A stretch of 64,000 nucleotides of DNA, taken from IMG/VR virus record IMGVR_UViG_3300035698_010358, positions 8,159 through 72,158 of that record, one strand, 5' to 3'. The stretch is from a virus. The notes under the pieces are model-generated. The model was not told the origin of the DNA. It ran no database searches and worked only from the letters and a program-made list of their open reading frames with translations. Shown here piece by piece: positions 37,648 through 46,758 of the stretch; positions within the stretch are counted from its first letter, which is position 1; each line of letters opens with the position of its first letter. The position numbers and the translations under genes are program-made.

Positions 37648-37704
37648 AAAACGGGGCTGTTTCTTATGAGACTGCCCCGTTTCTTATGAGACTGCCCCGT
37701 TTTT
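37648..37704 (+). terminator. Terminator with tandemly duplicated 3' arm
   Basis: AAAACGGGGC arm; 20-bp TTCTTATGAGACTGCCCCGT repeated at 37661 and 37681; T run. Confidence 0.75.
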
Positions 37705-37802
37705 CCGTCTCCATGACTCGGTAGGGAGCCTATAATACCAATAATTGTAAGGGTTGATGATTACATGCCCAATTTGAGTTTCCTATGACGGAGGTTTTTG
37801 AC

Positions 37803-38639
37803 ATGCCGAACACAGATAACAATAATGCCAACATCGGGGTGGGTGGTACTTCGTACTTGTACGATTACGGGACTAGCCCCAATACTCGAACAGCAGTTTC
37901 TCAGAAAGTCAGAATTCTGACACCTCACATGGGGAATACGAGTACGATGGCTCAGATGGGGGTGTTATCTCAGTTCAACCCAAGCCAGAGTCGTACCGTT
38001 GAACCTGTTCGAGGAATTGGTTTTGGTGATCAGGTTGCCGAATTGGTCCCGTCCGTAACGGAACCAACAACAGGAAACTTTGAACGAGCACTTCTGTACC
38101 TGTGCAACTTGTGGCAAGCCACTGGTTATGCTTCGGGTGTAGATGGCCCAGTTCGTTCCTTGGCTCATCACAAATGGCCTTTCGATATTGAACAACAGGT
38201 TGTTTTCAGTACATTGGCTGATGTGGATATGGGAGCACCGAATGAAGGTGTTGGATTTGATCCCGGTACTTTCAACGGTGGTGTAAGCCAGGTAGCTTAC
38301 GGAGCTATCACTCCTAATCAGGAAGGTACCCCGGCAGATGAGTCCCAACGTGGTCACTCTGCCATCATCACTGTCTATGAAGCCTGCTGGTTTACCAGTT
38401 GGTCTACGACATTTGCTAAAGATTCCGGCCTCATCATGGAATCCGGTGATGTTACCGTCAGTGATGTCCATGACTTCGCCAGTGTTTACGGTGAGTTCTT
38501 GGCAACTGGTAATGACCCAACAATTGGCCAGCTTGGTTCTGTCCGATATGCAGAGTCAGGGTACAATGTGGCTGGTGCTGCTGGTCGTCAGACCGTTGGT
38601 GCTGCTGGCCAAGGCTTCGCAGCCGTTGGTGCTACTTAA
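37803..38639 (+). CDS. Tail tube protein
   Basis: VEPVRGIG...ELVP...WPFDIEQ...VYEACWFTSWS...ES, typical of large-myophage tubes; GGAGG RBS. Confidence 0.8.
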   Translation: MPNTDNNNANIGVGGTSYLYDYGTSPNTRTAVSQKVRILTPHMGNTSTMAQMGVLSQFNPSQSRTVEPVRGIGFGDQVAELVPSVTEPTTGNFERALLYLCNLWQATGYASGVDGPVRSLAHHKWPFDIEQQVVFSTLADVDMGAPNEGVGFDPGTFNGGVSQVAYGAITPNQEGTPADESQRGHSAIITVYEACWFTSWSTTFAKDSGLIMESGDVTVSDVHDFASVYGEFLATGNDPTIGQLGSVRYAESGYNVAGAAGRQTVGAAGQGFAAVGAT

Positions 38640-38865
38640 TCCAGGTCGTCCTTGATTGCTTGGGTAAAGTACAGGTTATAACTGGGGAAATAACCCAGCA
38701 GCCTGTTAAGACGAACAGATGTACAGATAGACAACGACTTGAGCTATTTTCCTCTCCCATCAGGGAGATGGTCTGACTTACCTATTGAAACGGACTGACA
38801 AGCTCAATCTTGTGCTATCCAGGGCTGCAGGGTTGTTTTCCTTTAACAGAAGGGAAATAACGAAA

Positions 38866-40206
38866 ATGGAACAGATTACACTTGATGCTCTGGTGAGTGC
38901 TCTTGCCCCTATCGAAGCCATCGGTAAAAATGAGATTACTTTCAATGTCCAGGGGAAAGATTCCGGGACAACGGTAACGCTGCGGATTCTTCTCCCCGAA
39001 GAAGAAATCATAGCCCAGCGTTATGCTTCTGAGGCTTTGGCAGATGCAAATGAGAAGAAAAGCCATGATGCCTTGGAGTATCTGGAAAGATTCAAAATTA
39101 GTATTTTGTCTTTTTCCTTGGTTTCCATCGGAGCTCTCGACCTTCATAATTCAGAATATATCGAAACCGGGGAAACTCTAAAAAACGGCAAAAAGGTGAA
39201 GGAACCTAAGCATTTGGCAATGCGGAAGCTCCTTCTCAAATGGACACAAGACATCCGAACCTTGATGTTCAATAAATACAATGAGTTACTGCTCCAGTCT
39301 GAGTTGGATGCAGAGAAAGCTATTGTATTTGATCCAGTAGACTTGGCCACAGAAATTGAACGGGTTGAGAAACGATTGGAGGATCTGAAGAAAACTCAGG
39401 AGAAGGAATCCTCTACCTCGGCTTTTCATGACCAGGTGAAAGAAATTGCTGAGTTGGATAAATCTGACGGGCAAGACCGCCGAGCTGCTGTTGATGCTAT
39501 GACAGCAAAACGGGCTGGCATCGCCCCCCAAGTTGACGAGGATGCGGCTCTCCCTGAAAACCTCGATGCTTCAGAGGCACTAGGTCCTCAACGAACCCAA
39601 CAGGAAGAATTCAAATCAACGGTCTTCCATGATACAGTCTTCCATGATGCAGCCACACCACCTCCTGAGAGGCCCGTAGATCAACAAGCAGCTCCAATGC
39701 CACCTACGGCTCAGGAACCTTCACAAGAACAGCCTCAGCAGCCTGTAATAGGTGAGGAACCACCATTACCTGTATGGGAAGATGACTCGTTTATAGATTC
39801 GAGTGATTCCGATGGGATGAAGGCTGCTGTTCACGCCGAAAACCAGAAACTTCTAGCTGCCCGACGTGGGGACCTTCCTCCTGAACCGTCAGCCTTGAAT
39901 AACATGAGAGCAGAACAGGCCGCTAAAGGTGCCCCCGTGATGAGACCCGGTGTAAAGCCACCTCATGTTGGAGCAAAATCCGTAGCTGATGAATTGGAGT
40001 CTGAGGAAACCAGGATTCTGAATGCTTCTCGAAAAGCTATGACGGAATCTACTGAAAAAAGGGATGGTGCTGATGTGTATCGTCAGCCTGTTGAAACTCT
40101 GGACAGGGTAGAGCCTGACAAATCAGCTCAACAGCCTGTTTTGAATAGTGCTCCTGTGAATCAATCGACAAATCCTAGGTTCAAACCTAATAATCGAAAG
40201 CCGTAA
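38866..40206 (+). CDS. Putative tail assembly chaperone with long acidic/Pro-rich tail
   Basis: Position after the tube; VTLRIL..EEE N-terminal domain. Confidence 0.55.
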   Translation: MEQITLDALVSALAPIEAIGKNEITFNVQGKDSGTTVTLRILLPEEEIIAQRYASEALADANEKKSHDALEYLERFKISILSFSLVSIGALDLHNSEYIETGETLKNGKKVKEPKHLAMRKLLLKWTQDIRTLMFNKYNELLLQSELDAEKAIVFDPVDLATEIERVEKRLEDLKKTQEKESSTSAFHDQVKEIAELDKSDGQDRRAAVDAMTAKRAGIAPQVDEDAALPENLDASEALGPQRTQQEEFKSTVFHDTVFHDAATPPPERPVDQQAAPMPPTAQEPSQEQPQQPVIGEEPPLPVWEDDSFIDSSDSDGMKAAVHAENQKLLAARRGDLPPEPSALNNMRAEQAAKGAPVMRPGVKPPHVGAKSVADELESEETRILNASRKAMTESTEKRDGADVYRQPVETLDRVEPDKSAQQPVLNSAPVNQSTNPRFKPNNRKP

Positions 40207-40209
40207 TTT

Positions 40210-41373
40210 ATGGGCTTATTGCCGACGACAACCCCCGAACAACGGGCACCATTCTATGAAGACGTTGAAGATTTAACCACTGTAGGGTTCTTATCCCATT
40301 CGGTGAGTCTTGCCGGGGCTCGTTTGTCGTTCAGGTCTTTGAGTGCCGGAGATTTATTCTTGCTTCAGACTCATGGTGATGATGAGGCTTGGCAATCTTG
40401 GATGGTTGCGTCATCTGTGTGGATGGTTGATGGTTATAGCCTTCTGGCTGAAACTAATTCTTCATATCATATTCATAAACTGTTGAAGACATTACCTCAG
40501 TCAGCTATGACCATTTTATTTAGTATTGTCAAAGGGTTATTCTCTCGTCAAGATAAAGCTCTCAGTGCAGTCGAGGCATATTGTTATGAAAGTGCTTCAC
40601 GTTTTCGGTGGAAAGCCACTAAAGGATCCTCTATAGGGACCCTTTCAGGAATTCAGGGTACTGACCGGTTCGGGATGAACCCTGTAATGCAAATGTGGCG
40701 GTTTTTTAATGAGATCGAAGACAAACGTAATTACGATGAAGTCCAATGGGATGGATTCAAGTTGGCTGCTTCAGCTTCTGCTCCTAAAGGGGTGGAGAAG
40801 ATTGACAAGCATGATAAAAACCGACGTGAACGAGAAGAAAACAGGCGGCAGGATGTTCTGGATAGATTCTTTTACGTTCGAAAAGGAGTTATTTCACCAG
40901 AGTCGAAGCCAACGGATATTGAATCTATTGGTATTCGAGCCAAGTCTTACGATGACCTAGAAGGTGAAATGCAACGGTGGGTGAGTGGTGATGATGATTT
41001 CCATGATACTATTGTTAGTAATTATAAGAATTCAATTACTGACAGGTATGACAAGGAACGAGAAGAAAGAGCTACTCGTCGGGAAGTCTTACAGAAAAAG
41101 TATGAAGAGATGGAGTTGGATACGAAGCCGAGGCCCTTGGTTGGTTACACACTAGATCAACTGGAGCATGTTGTGAAAAGCAGGAAGCCTGGTGTGGCTA
41201 AACTTTATCATGACACTCAGGGGCTTCAGGAGAAGATGTATCAACGTCATTTGAAATTAGCGGAGAAGGGGCTATTGGAAGCTGAAGATGGCCAGATAAA
41301 AGCCCCACCAGGGAACCCTGAATTGATGGAGTTAATTACCAAACGTCAGGTTCCATTTTCGTCAGAGGATTAA
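40210..41373 (+). CDS. Putative tail assembly protein
   Basis: Between chaperone and tape measure. Confidence 0.5.
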   Translation: MGLLPTTTPEQRAPFYEDVEDLTTVGFLSHSVSLAGARLSFRSLSAGDLFLLQTHGDDEAWQSWMVASSVWMVDGYSLLAETNSSYHIHKLLKTLPQSAMTILFSIVKGLFSRQDKALSAVEAYCYESASRFRWKATKGSSIGTLSGIQGTDRFGMNPVMQMWRFFNEIEDKRNYDEVQWDGFKLAASASAPKGVEKIDKHDKNRREREENRRQDVLDRFFYVRKGVISPESKPTDIESIGIRAKSYDDLEGEMQRWVSGDDDFHDTIVSNYKNSITDRYDKEREERATRREVLQKKYEEMELDTKPRPLVGYTLDQLEHVVKSRKPGVAKLYHDTQGLQEKMYQRHLKLAEKGLLEAEDGQIKAPPGNPELMELITKRQVPFSSED

Positions 41374-41376
41374 ATC

Positions 41377-44300
41377 ATGAGTATCCGTTCAGAAATTCTA
41401 AATTTTAGTACCCAGCTCGATACGACTGGGATGACTAAATCCATCGTTTCCATGAAGGATTTGATGGAGAAGAATGTCCGAGATGCTTTTTCAACAGGTA
41501 TGAAAAACGGTATCTCTCTGAAACATATGGATGCTGTGCGTAAGAAAATGACGGATGCTACAAAAGAAATCAGTGTTATCCAAACAAAAATGCAGAAGGA
41601 ACAACTCAAGATAGACAGCACCAAACTTAATGATGGTTTTAAGAATATTGCTAAAAAAAGAAAACAGAAACTGGCAGATCAACTAGAACTTCAAACACAG
41701 GCTTTATCTGCTGATCAGGATAGAATAGCAAATATGGGCCAGAAACTAGAACAGATGCAAATCAATGACGAGAAAAGCCGGATGGCTATAGTCGGGAAAT
41801 CTGTTGAAACCTTCGGTGAGGGGATGCACTCTGTTTTCTCTGATATCACATCTAAAGATGTCACTTCCATTTTTGGTGTTATTCAAAAGGGTGCCGCAAA
41901 ACTTCAGCAGGTACAGGCAAAGGCTGTAGCTTCTAAAGAGGCTGGTGGGACAGGTGGGATGGCCAAAATTGCTGGGATTATGACCAAGTTGGGACCTACT
42001 CTTGTGGCAGTCGGGGCTATTGCCGCAGGTTTTGCAGCAATTGTTAAAATTATCATTGATGCTGATGCCCAAGCAAAGGAACTTCATAAGACTTTGATGG
42101 ATGGTGGGGTTTCTGTTGGGGATATGGTTATCGGGGCTGAGGGACTGGAAGGGGCTTTAAAAGAGGTCCGTGAGATGGCCGTTGATGTTGGGAACAATTT
42201 GGATTGGGGTACATTAGCTGACGACCAGATTAAAATATTAGGTGCATGGAATGAAGCAGGGCACACTTTGAAAGAAATGTCTGGGGATTTAGACACAGCA
42301 GAAAAAAGGATGAGTGCTTACCAGAAAGCAACTTCTGCTGCTTTAACATATTCGAAGTTACTGGGTGAGTCTGCAGATAAAGTTGCTCAGGACATGACAG
42401 GGATGATGGAGCAGTTAGGTTTTTCTTTAGGCGGGGTTCAAGAAAACTTTGCCATGATTTACGATGCCGCTCAAACAAGTGGCTTTGGGACGAAAAGATT
42501 CTTTGGGATGGTTTTACAAGCCACCACGGGGATGGGGATGTACAATGTTCGGTTAGAACAGACAACTAACATGCTCCTTAATCTGAATAAGATTCTCGGA
42601 ACTAAGTTTGGTGCCGACTTCTTCAATAAGTTGACGGGTCAGTTCTCTGGGGACAGCGCTCAAGAAGGTATTAAAAAAATTATGTTGCGGGGTGGGAAAG
42701 CAGTATCCGCTACTTTACAAAGCCAGGCTGAATATACTGCTGATGGTGTGATGAATGTTTTCAAATCTCATTTAGGTGATGATTTTTCTAAAGGGTTAAA
42801 GGATATTTTTGGGGCTGAGGGTACAGAGTTGGCAGCACAACTCTCTAATGCCGATACACGAGGGGAAGGGATTAGCACTCTCGTAAAAACATTAAGGGAG
42901 ATGAACCCCCAAGAACAAGCGGCTATTCTTGTAAAAACTCAGAAAGAGATTGGTTCCGATGCTTCTCGGCAACTACAGCAATTACTGATTCAGGCTAATG
43001 GTATTGGTGGTTCTATGGGAAAACAGATGACGGCTTTAAGGTCTTTGGGTCCGGGAGGTGTGTTAGTAGATACCATTGATAGGTTAATGAAGGCAGCGGG
43101 GGTTTCAAGTTTAGAAGAATTATCTCAGATGGGTGCAATATCTCAATCAGTTGTTGAAAGTTTAGATGGTATCGATTCTACTATGAGGGATCAATCTGTA
43201 CAAATGGCTATGCAGGTTGGTGGTCAGTGGAATGATATGAAGAAACTCCAAGAGAGAATGAGAACTGAGGAGTTTAAAGGTGAAGTAGGCCAAGCAAAAT
43301 TATTGGCAGAACAAACAAAACAAATTAATGCTTGGGGTGCAACGGCCACGAGTGAAAATAAAATCATGCACGCAAAAATGGATAAAGATGGGAAAATAAA
43401 AGAGATTGGTTTTAAGGCAATGGGGTCGGCTAAGGATTTATTGATGGGTCGAGTGAAAGCTGATGCCGATGTTGCTAAAATGATGACTGATCAGGAAATC
43501 CAAGCAAAAAAAGTTGCTGATAATACTACAGCAATGACTCATGCTCTGGAAGTTGGGATTCAATACATCCTAAATGGTATTTATGATTCCGTAAAAACTA
43601 TTTCTAAGTTCCTTACTGGGAAAGGGTTAGATGCGGATGAGAAAAAAGAACGAGATAAAGCTCTAGCCTCACAAGAGGCCATTTCTAAGAGGTTCTTGGA
43701 TCAATTAAAAGAAAACAGGGAGAAACAGGGGAAAGTAGAATCAGAAATGCTTCAGGCTAAAGGGCCTGAAAGAACAGCTCTTGAAGCGGAGTTGGGGAAA
43801 TTACGTTCAAGTTTTAAGACTTTAAGTACCAAATTGGATTTTAGCAGAGCAAAAGAAAAAAACATTTCTGGTTTTGAAGGTACTTTTCTTGATAAGGATG
43901 CCGCTGAAGTTTCCAAGTTTGCTCACGAGAAGACGGCAAATGAGATGTACGGGCGTACAGCAGGTTCTAGGGGCACTCAGGTAGGTGCAAGTGGGGCTGT
44001 TATAGGTGCTACACCTGCTTCTTATGATCAAACACAACTCAGGCAAGGATTAAGTCAAAGCCATCCTGAAGAATTAAAAGAATTATTGGAGTTGGAAAAA
44101 AAGAATATTGATATTACTGATAAACTTCAGGAATTGGGTGATAGAGCTCATAAGGAATTGCTTCGGTCAAATGAACAAATATCTACGGAGGACCAAAAGA
44201 AAGCCAAGGACCTGCAAGAAAAGAAAATAAGTGAGGAAAAGGGTCCTATAGCTAAAGCCTTCGCAGAGGCTCAGGATTCTGTAACTAGAGATAATGATCT

Positions 44301-44649
44301 GAGAGCTTTGATGTCAGATGCCCTCGGAGGAGTTTCTGTGACCGATAAAATGGTACATGGACTAAAAAATGGGACTACCTCAGATTTTGGGTCCACTGAG
44401 AGAGACAAACTAATGAAACAGTGGAAAACTGGCAAGAGTACTATAGAGAAAACAGAAGATTTCATTTTGACTTCTGGGGGCCGGCTTATCAAACCTAGTT
44501 CAAAAGATACAATTACAGGTTCTAAACCTGGTGGACCATTAGACAGAAGAGGTGGGGGTCAGACCGTTATCAATAACTACAACCTCCCGAACGATGCCAA
44601 TCAGAACTTGATGGCCATAACGAAAGCTCAAAAGGCGGGGGTGTTATAA
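41377..44649 (+). CDS. Tape measure protein
   Basis: 1090 aa, helical/coiled-coil, Ala/Gly/Met-rich, hydrophobic segment LGPTLVAVGAIAAGFAAIVKII; canonical position. Confidence 0.8.
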   Translation: MSIRSEILNFSTQLDTTGMTKSIVSMKDLMEKNVRDAFSTGMKNGISLKHMDAVRKKMTDATKEISVIQTKMQKEQLKIDSTKLNDGFKNIAKKRKQKLADQLELQTQALSADQDRIANMGQKLEQMQINDEKSRMAIVGKSVETFGEGMHSVFSDITSKDVTSIFGVIQKGAAKLQQVQAKAVASKEAGGTGGMAKIAGIMTKLGPTLVAVGAIAAGFAAIVKIIIDADAQAKELHKTLMDGGVSVGDMVIGAEGLEGALKEVREMAVDVGNNLDWGTLADDQIKILGAWNEAGHTLKEMSGDLDTAEKRMSAYQKATSAALTYSKLLGESADKVAQDMTGMMEQLGFSLGGVQENFAMIYDAAQTSGFGTKRFFGMVLQATTGMGMYNVRLEQTTNMLLNLNKILGTKFGADFFNKLTGQFSGDSAQEGIKKIMLRGGKAVSATLQSQAEYTADGVMNVFKSHLGDDFSKGLKDIFGAEGTELAAQLSNADTRGEGISTLVKTLREMNPQEQAAILVKTQKEIGSDASRQLQQLLIQANGIGGSMGKQMTALRSLGPGGVLVDTIDRLMKAAGVSSLEELSQMGAISQSVVESLDGIDSTMRDQSVQMAMQVGGQWNDMKKLQERMRTEEFKGEVGQAKLLAEQTKQINAWGATATSENKIMHAKMDKDGKIKEIGFKAMGSAKDLLMGRVKADADVAKMMTDQEIQAKKVADNTTAMTHALEVGIQYILNGIYDSVKTISKFLTGKGLDADEKKERDKALASQEAISKRFLDQLKENREKQGKVESEMLQAKGPERTALEAELGKLRSSFKTLSTKLDFSRAKEKNISGFEGTFLDKDAAEVSKFAHEKTANEMYGRTAGSRGTQVGASGAVIGATPASYDQTQLRQGLSQSHPEELKELLELEKKNIDITDKLQELGDRAHKELLRSNEQISTEDQKKAKDLQEKKISEEKGPIAKAFAEAQDSVTRDNDLRALMSDALGGVSVTDKMVHGLKNGTTSDFGSTERDKLMKQWKTGKSTIEKTEDFILTSGGRLIKPSSKDTITGSKPGGPLDRRGGGQTVINNYNLPNDANQNLMAITKAQKAGVL

Positions 44650-44652
44650 TCA

Positions 44653-45351
44653 ATGGCTGACAGACCACCAGTTTTCCGGTCATCTTTCATGTCACCTGAT
44701 GATGGATTTGATGAAAGCAAGGGTAAAAAACCCGTTGTTTTCGATATTCTGGCAACAGATAAGGAAACCAGTATCCTTCCTGACAATATGAAGCTGGTGC
44801 TGCATGTGAACCCAGAGTCCATGTCCATCAATTATGCTAAGATCATCGAACGGATCCCAACCAAAGGAGGATTCGTTGAACAGCATTTTGGTGAAGGTTT
44901 AAATTCCCTGGAGTTTAACATTGCTACAGGTGGGTTCATGCGGTTGTATTCCGGTTTGTCAAATATTACAGGTGGTCAAGGAGCCCTCGATGTAGAAGGA
45001 ACTCGTCGGGATTCTATTGCTTACGATAAATATCTGGATGTGTTGGCACTGTTTCATAATAATGGGTCTATTTACGACATCACTGGGAAAATCGTATTTC
45101 AGGGATTCATCAGTGTTACGTTTGATGGGGGTGTTTATCTGGGGGTCTTCAACGACTTTACCGTATCGGAGGCTGCTGATAAACCATACCAGTTCACGAT
45201 GTCAACGAGTTTTACTATCCAATCTGAGATGGTTCGGGTTCGGACAGATATGAGTTACCAAACTCAAGGTTCTATAAGTGAGGATTCTGGAATTAGTGTC
45301 CCTGATCTATTGAACCCTGATTACCTTGATTTGGGCAACAGGATAAAGTGA
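44653..45351 (+). CDS. Baseplate/tube-initiator-like protein
   Basis: LHVNPESMSINYAK...YLGVFNDFTVSEAADKPYQF; after tape measure. Confidence 0.65.
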   Translation: MADRPPVFRSSFMSPDDGFDESKGKKPVVFDILATDKETSILPDNMKLVLHVNPESMSINYAKIIERIPTKGGFVEQHFGEGLNSLEFNIATGGFMRLYSGLSNITGGQGALDVEGTRRDSIAYDKYLDVLALFHNNGSIYDITGKIVFQGFISVTFDGGVYLGVFNDFTVSEAADKPYQFTMSTSFTIQSEMVRVRTDMSYQTQGSISEDSGISVPDLLNPDYLDLGNRIK

Positions 45352-45358
45352 GGGTGTT

Positions 45359-46756
45359 ATGGCTGAAGTGGTTACATTAGATGAAGCTGTAGAGAGATCA
45401 AAGGAAACAGGGGGTCCACCGATCACAGGCCCTAACATGGCAATGATTACGGCTCAGTCTGTGAAAAACCCTCCAGCTCCATTGGCTTATCAATATTTGA
45501 ATGTTGGACCGGAACTGACTATTGAGATGGAAGACATTTCAACGGATCAGATTGATAACACTCGGCAAATGCTTAGGAATTTATCCCCTTTTGTTCTTCA
45601 GATTGAACCCCCTGCGGCATTTCAGAATTATGCCTCACAGCCAAGTGCTGCCGGTAGTCCAAGTATCAGCCTCTATGATGTGGCCAATGGGACGGCTTCC
45701 AGTTATCAGAAGGCTCGGGATGCCCTATATCAAGATGCTTCGTTGCTTAATGTTGCAGCAAATCAAAACTCAATGAACCCTGAAGATTATTTAGTAAGGT
45801 TTAGCCCTACTGAGGATTTGGTTGAGGATCTGGATGTGATGGGTCCCCCCGAACCAGGCAATTCAGATTTACCTTCACGAGGAAAACCCGCCCTTCCTGA
45901 CTTGTTGAGTGTGATGGATATGCGGCTTCAAGTATCGAATATCCTTAATATTCCACCTTTGGTTTTGTTGATCAATCCGACATCGTTCCAGATTCAGTAC
46001 ACCAAGATTCAACAATATCAAGATCGTAGCCGGTATGGTTACATTCTCCATACTTGGGGTGAAGATCAAGCCAAGATTTCGTTCACAGCAAAGTGTGGAG
46101 CGTTTATCTCTGGTGGCAGGGGTGTCCATGTTACCAGCCGTAATGATTCTAAAGCCTGGCAGAATATGCAGAACCTGATGAGGTTCTACAAAAATAATGG
46201 GTACATCTATGATACGATGGGTCGGTCAAATGCTCATCTTCATGTTGGAGCTTTGTCTATTCGGTATGATGGATTCATTTACTATGGCAGTATGGAATCA
46301 TTTACATTTGAATTAAACGAAGATAATGAGCTGGGTGGTGTAGAGTTTAATATTGAGTTCACGGCCAACGGGATTATGGATACAACTCCCGACACCAATA
46401 TTGTGCAGCCTATGCGGGCACCTTTACCCAGTATCGAAGATCAACGGTACATGAGTAAAGGTAGAAATAAACCTGGTGAGTATTCTTTGGGGTTGGGTGG
46501 TGTTACTACCATTCAAGAACAGGAAGTTAGTTCTAGTGATGCTTTGGATACGTTAGTTCCCCAAGATGGTACCGGAGTCCCTCAAGACGGTACCAGAGAC
46601 GGTACCAATGGTTTTGACCGTATCATAATTGGTGGTATTATAGAACAACCTGTAGGAAATCAGGCTTTTCAGAGTTTCGATGATGATTCCAGTGTTGCTG
46701 TGGATAGACCTGTTGAACAGGATATCCCTCGTAATGCTAAACCGTTTGGATTTTAA
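45359..46756 (+). CDS. Second tube-initiator-like baseplate protein
   Basis: LLINPTSFQIQYTK...YYGSMESFTFE, paralogous to 44653 ORF. Confidence 0.6.
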   Translation: MAEVVTLDEAVERSKETGGPPITGPNMAMITAQSVKNPPAPLAYQYLNVGPELTIEMEDISTDQIDNTRQMLRNLSPFVLQIEPPAAFQNYASQPSAAGSPSISLYDVANGTASSYQKARDALYQDASLLNVAANQNSMNPEDYLVRFSPTEDLVEDLDVMGPPEPGNSDLPSRGKPALPDLLSVMDMRLQVSNILNIPPLVLLINPTSFQIQYTKIQQYQDRSRYGYILHTWGEDQAKISFTAKCGAFISGGRGVHVTSRNDSKAWQNMQNLMRFYKNNGYIYDTMGRSNAHLHVGALSIRYDGFIYYGSMESFTFELNEDNELGGVEFNIEFTANGIMDTTPDTNIVQPMRAPLPSIEDQRYMSKGRNKPGEYSLGLGGVTTIQEQEVSSSDALDTLVPQDGTGVPQDGTRDGTNGFDRIIIGGIIEQPVGNQAFQSFDDDSSVAVDRPVEQDIPRNAKPFGF

Positions 46757-46758
46757 CG

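Noticed and set aside
38866-41373. Programmed frameshift between tail chaperone genes
   Set aside because: The ORFs are in the same frame, 3 bp apart, each with its own start and stop; no convincing slippery site seen
472-46605. Scattered short in-frame duplications (NSWG x2, ITD x2, RSFQ x2, TVFHD x2, DGT x3)
   Set aside because: Ordinary replication slippage in tolerant regions; no shared sequence
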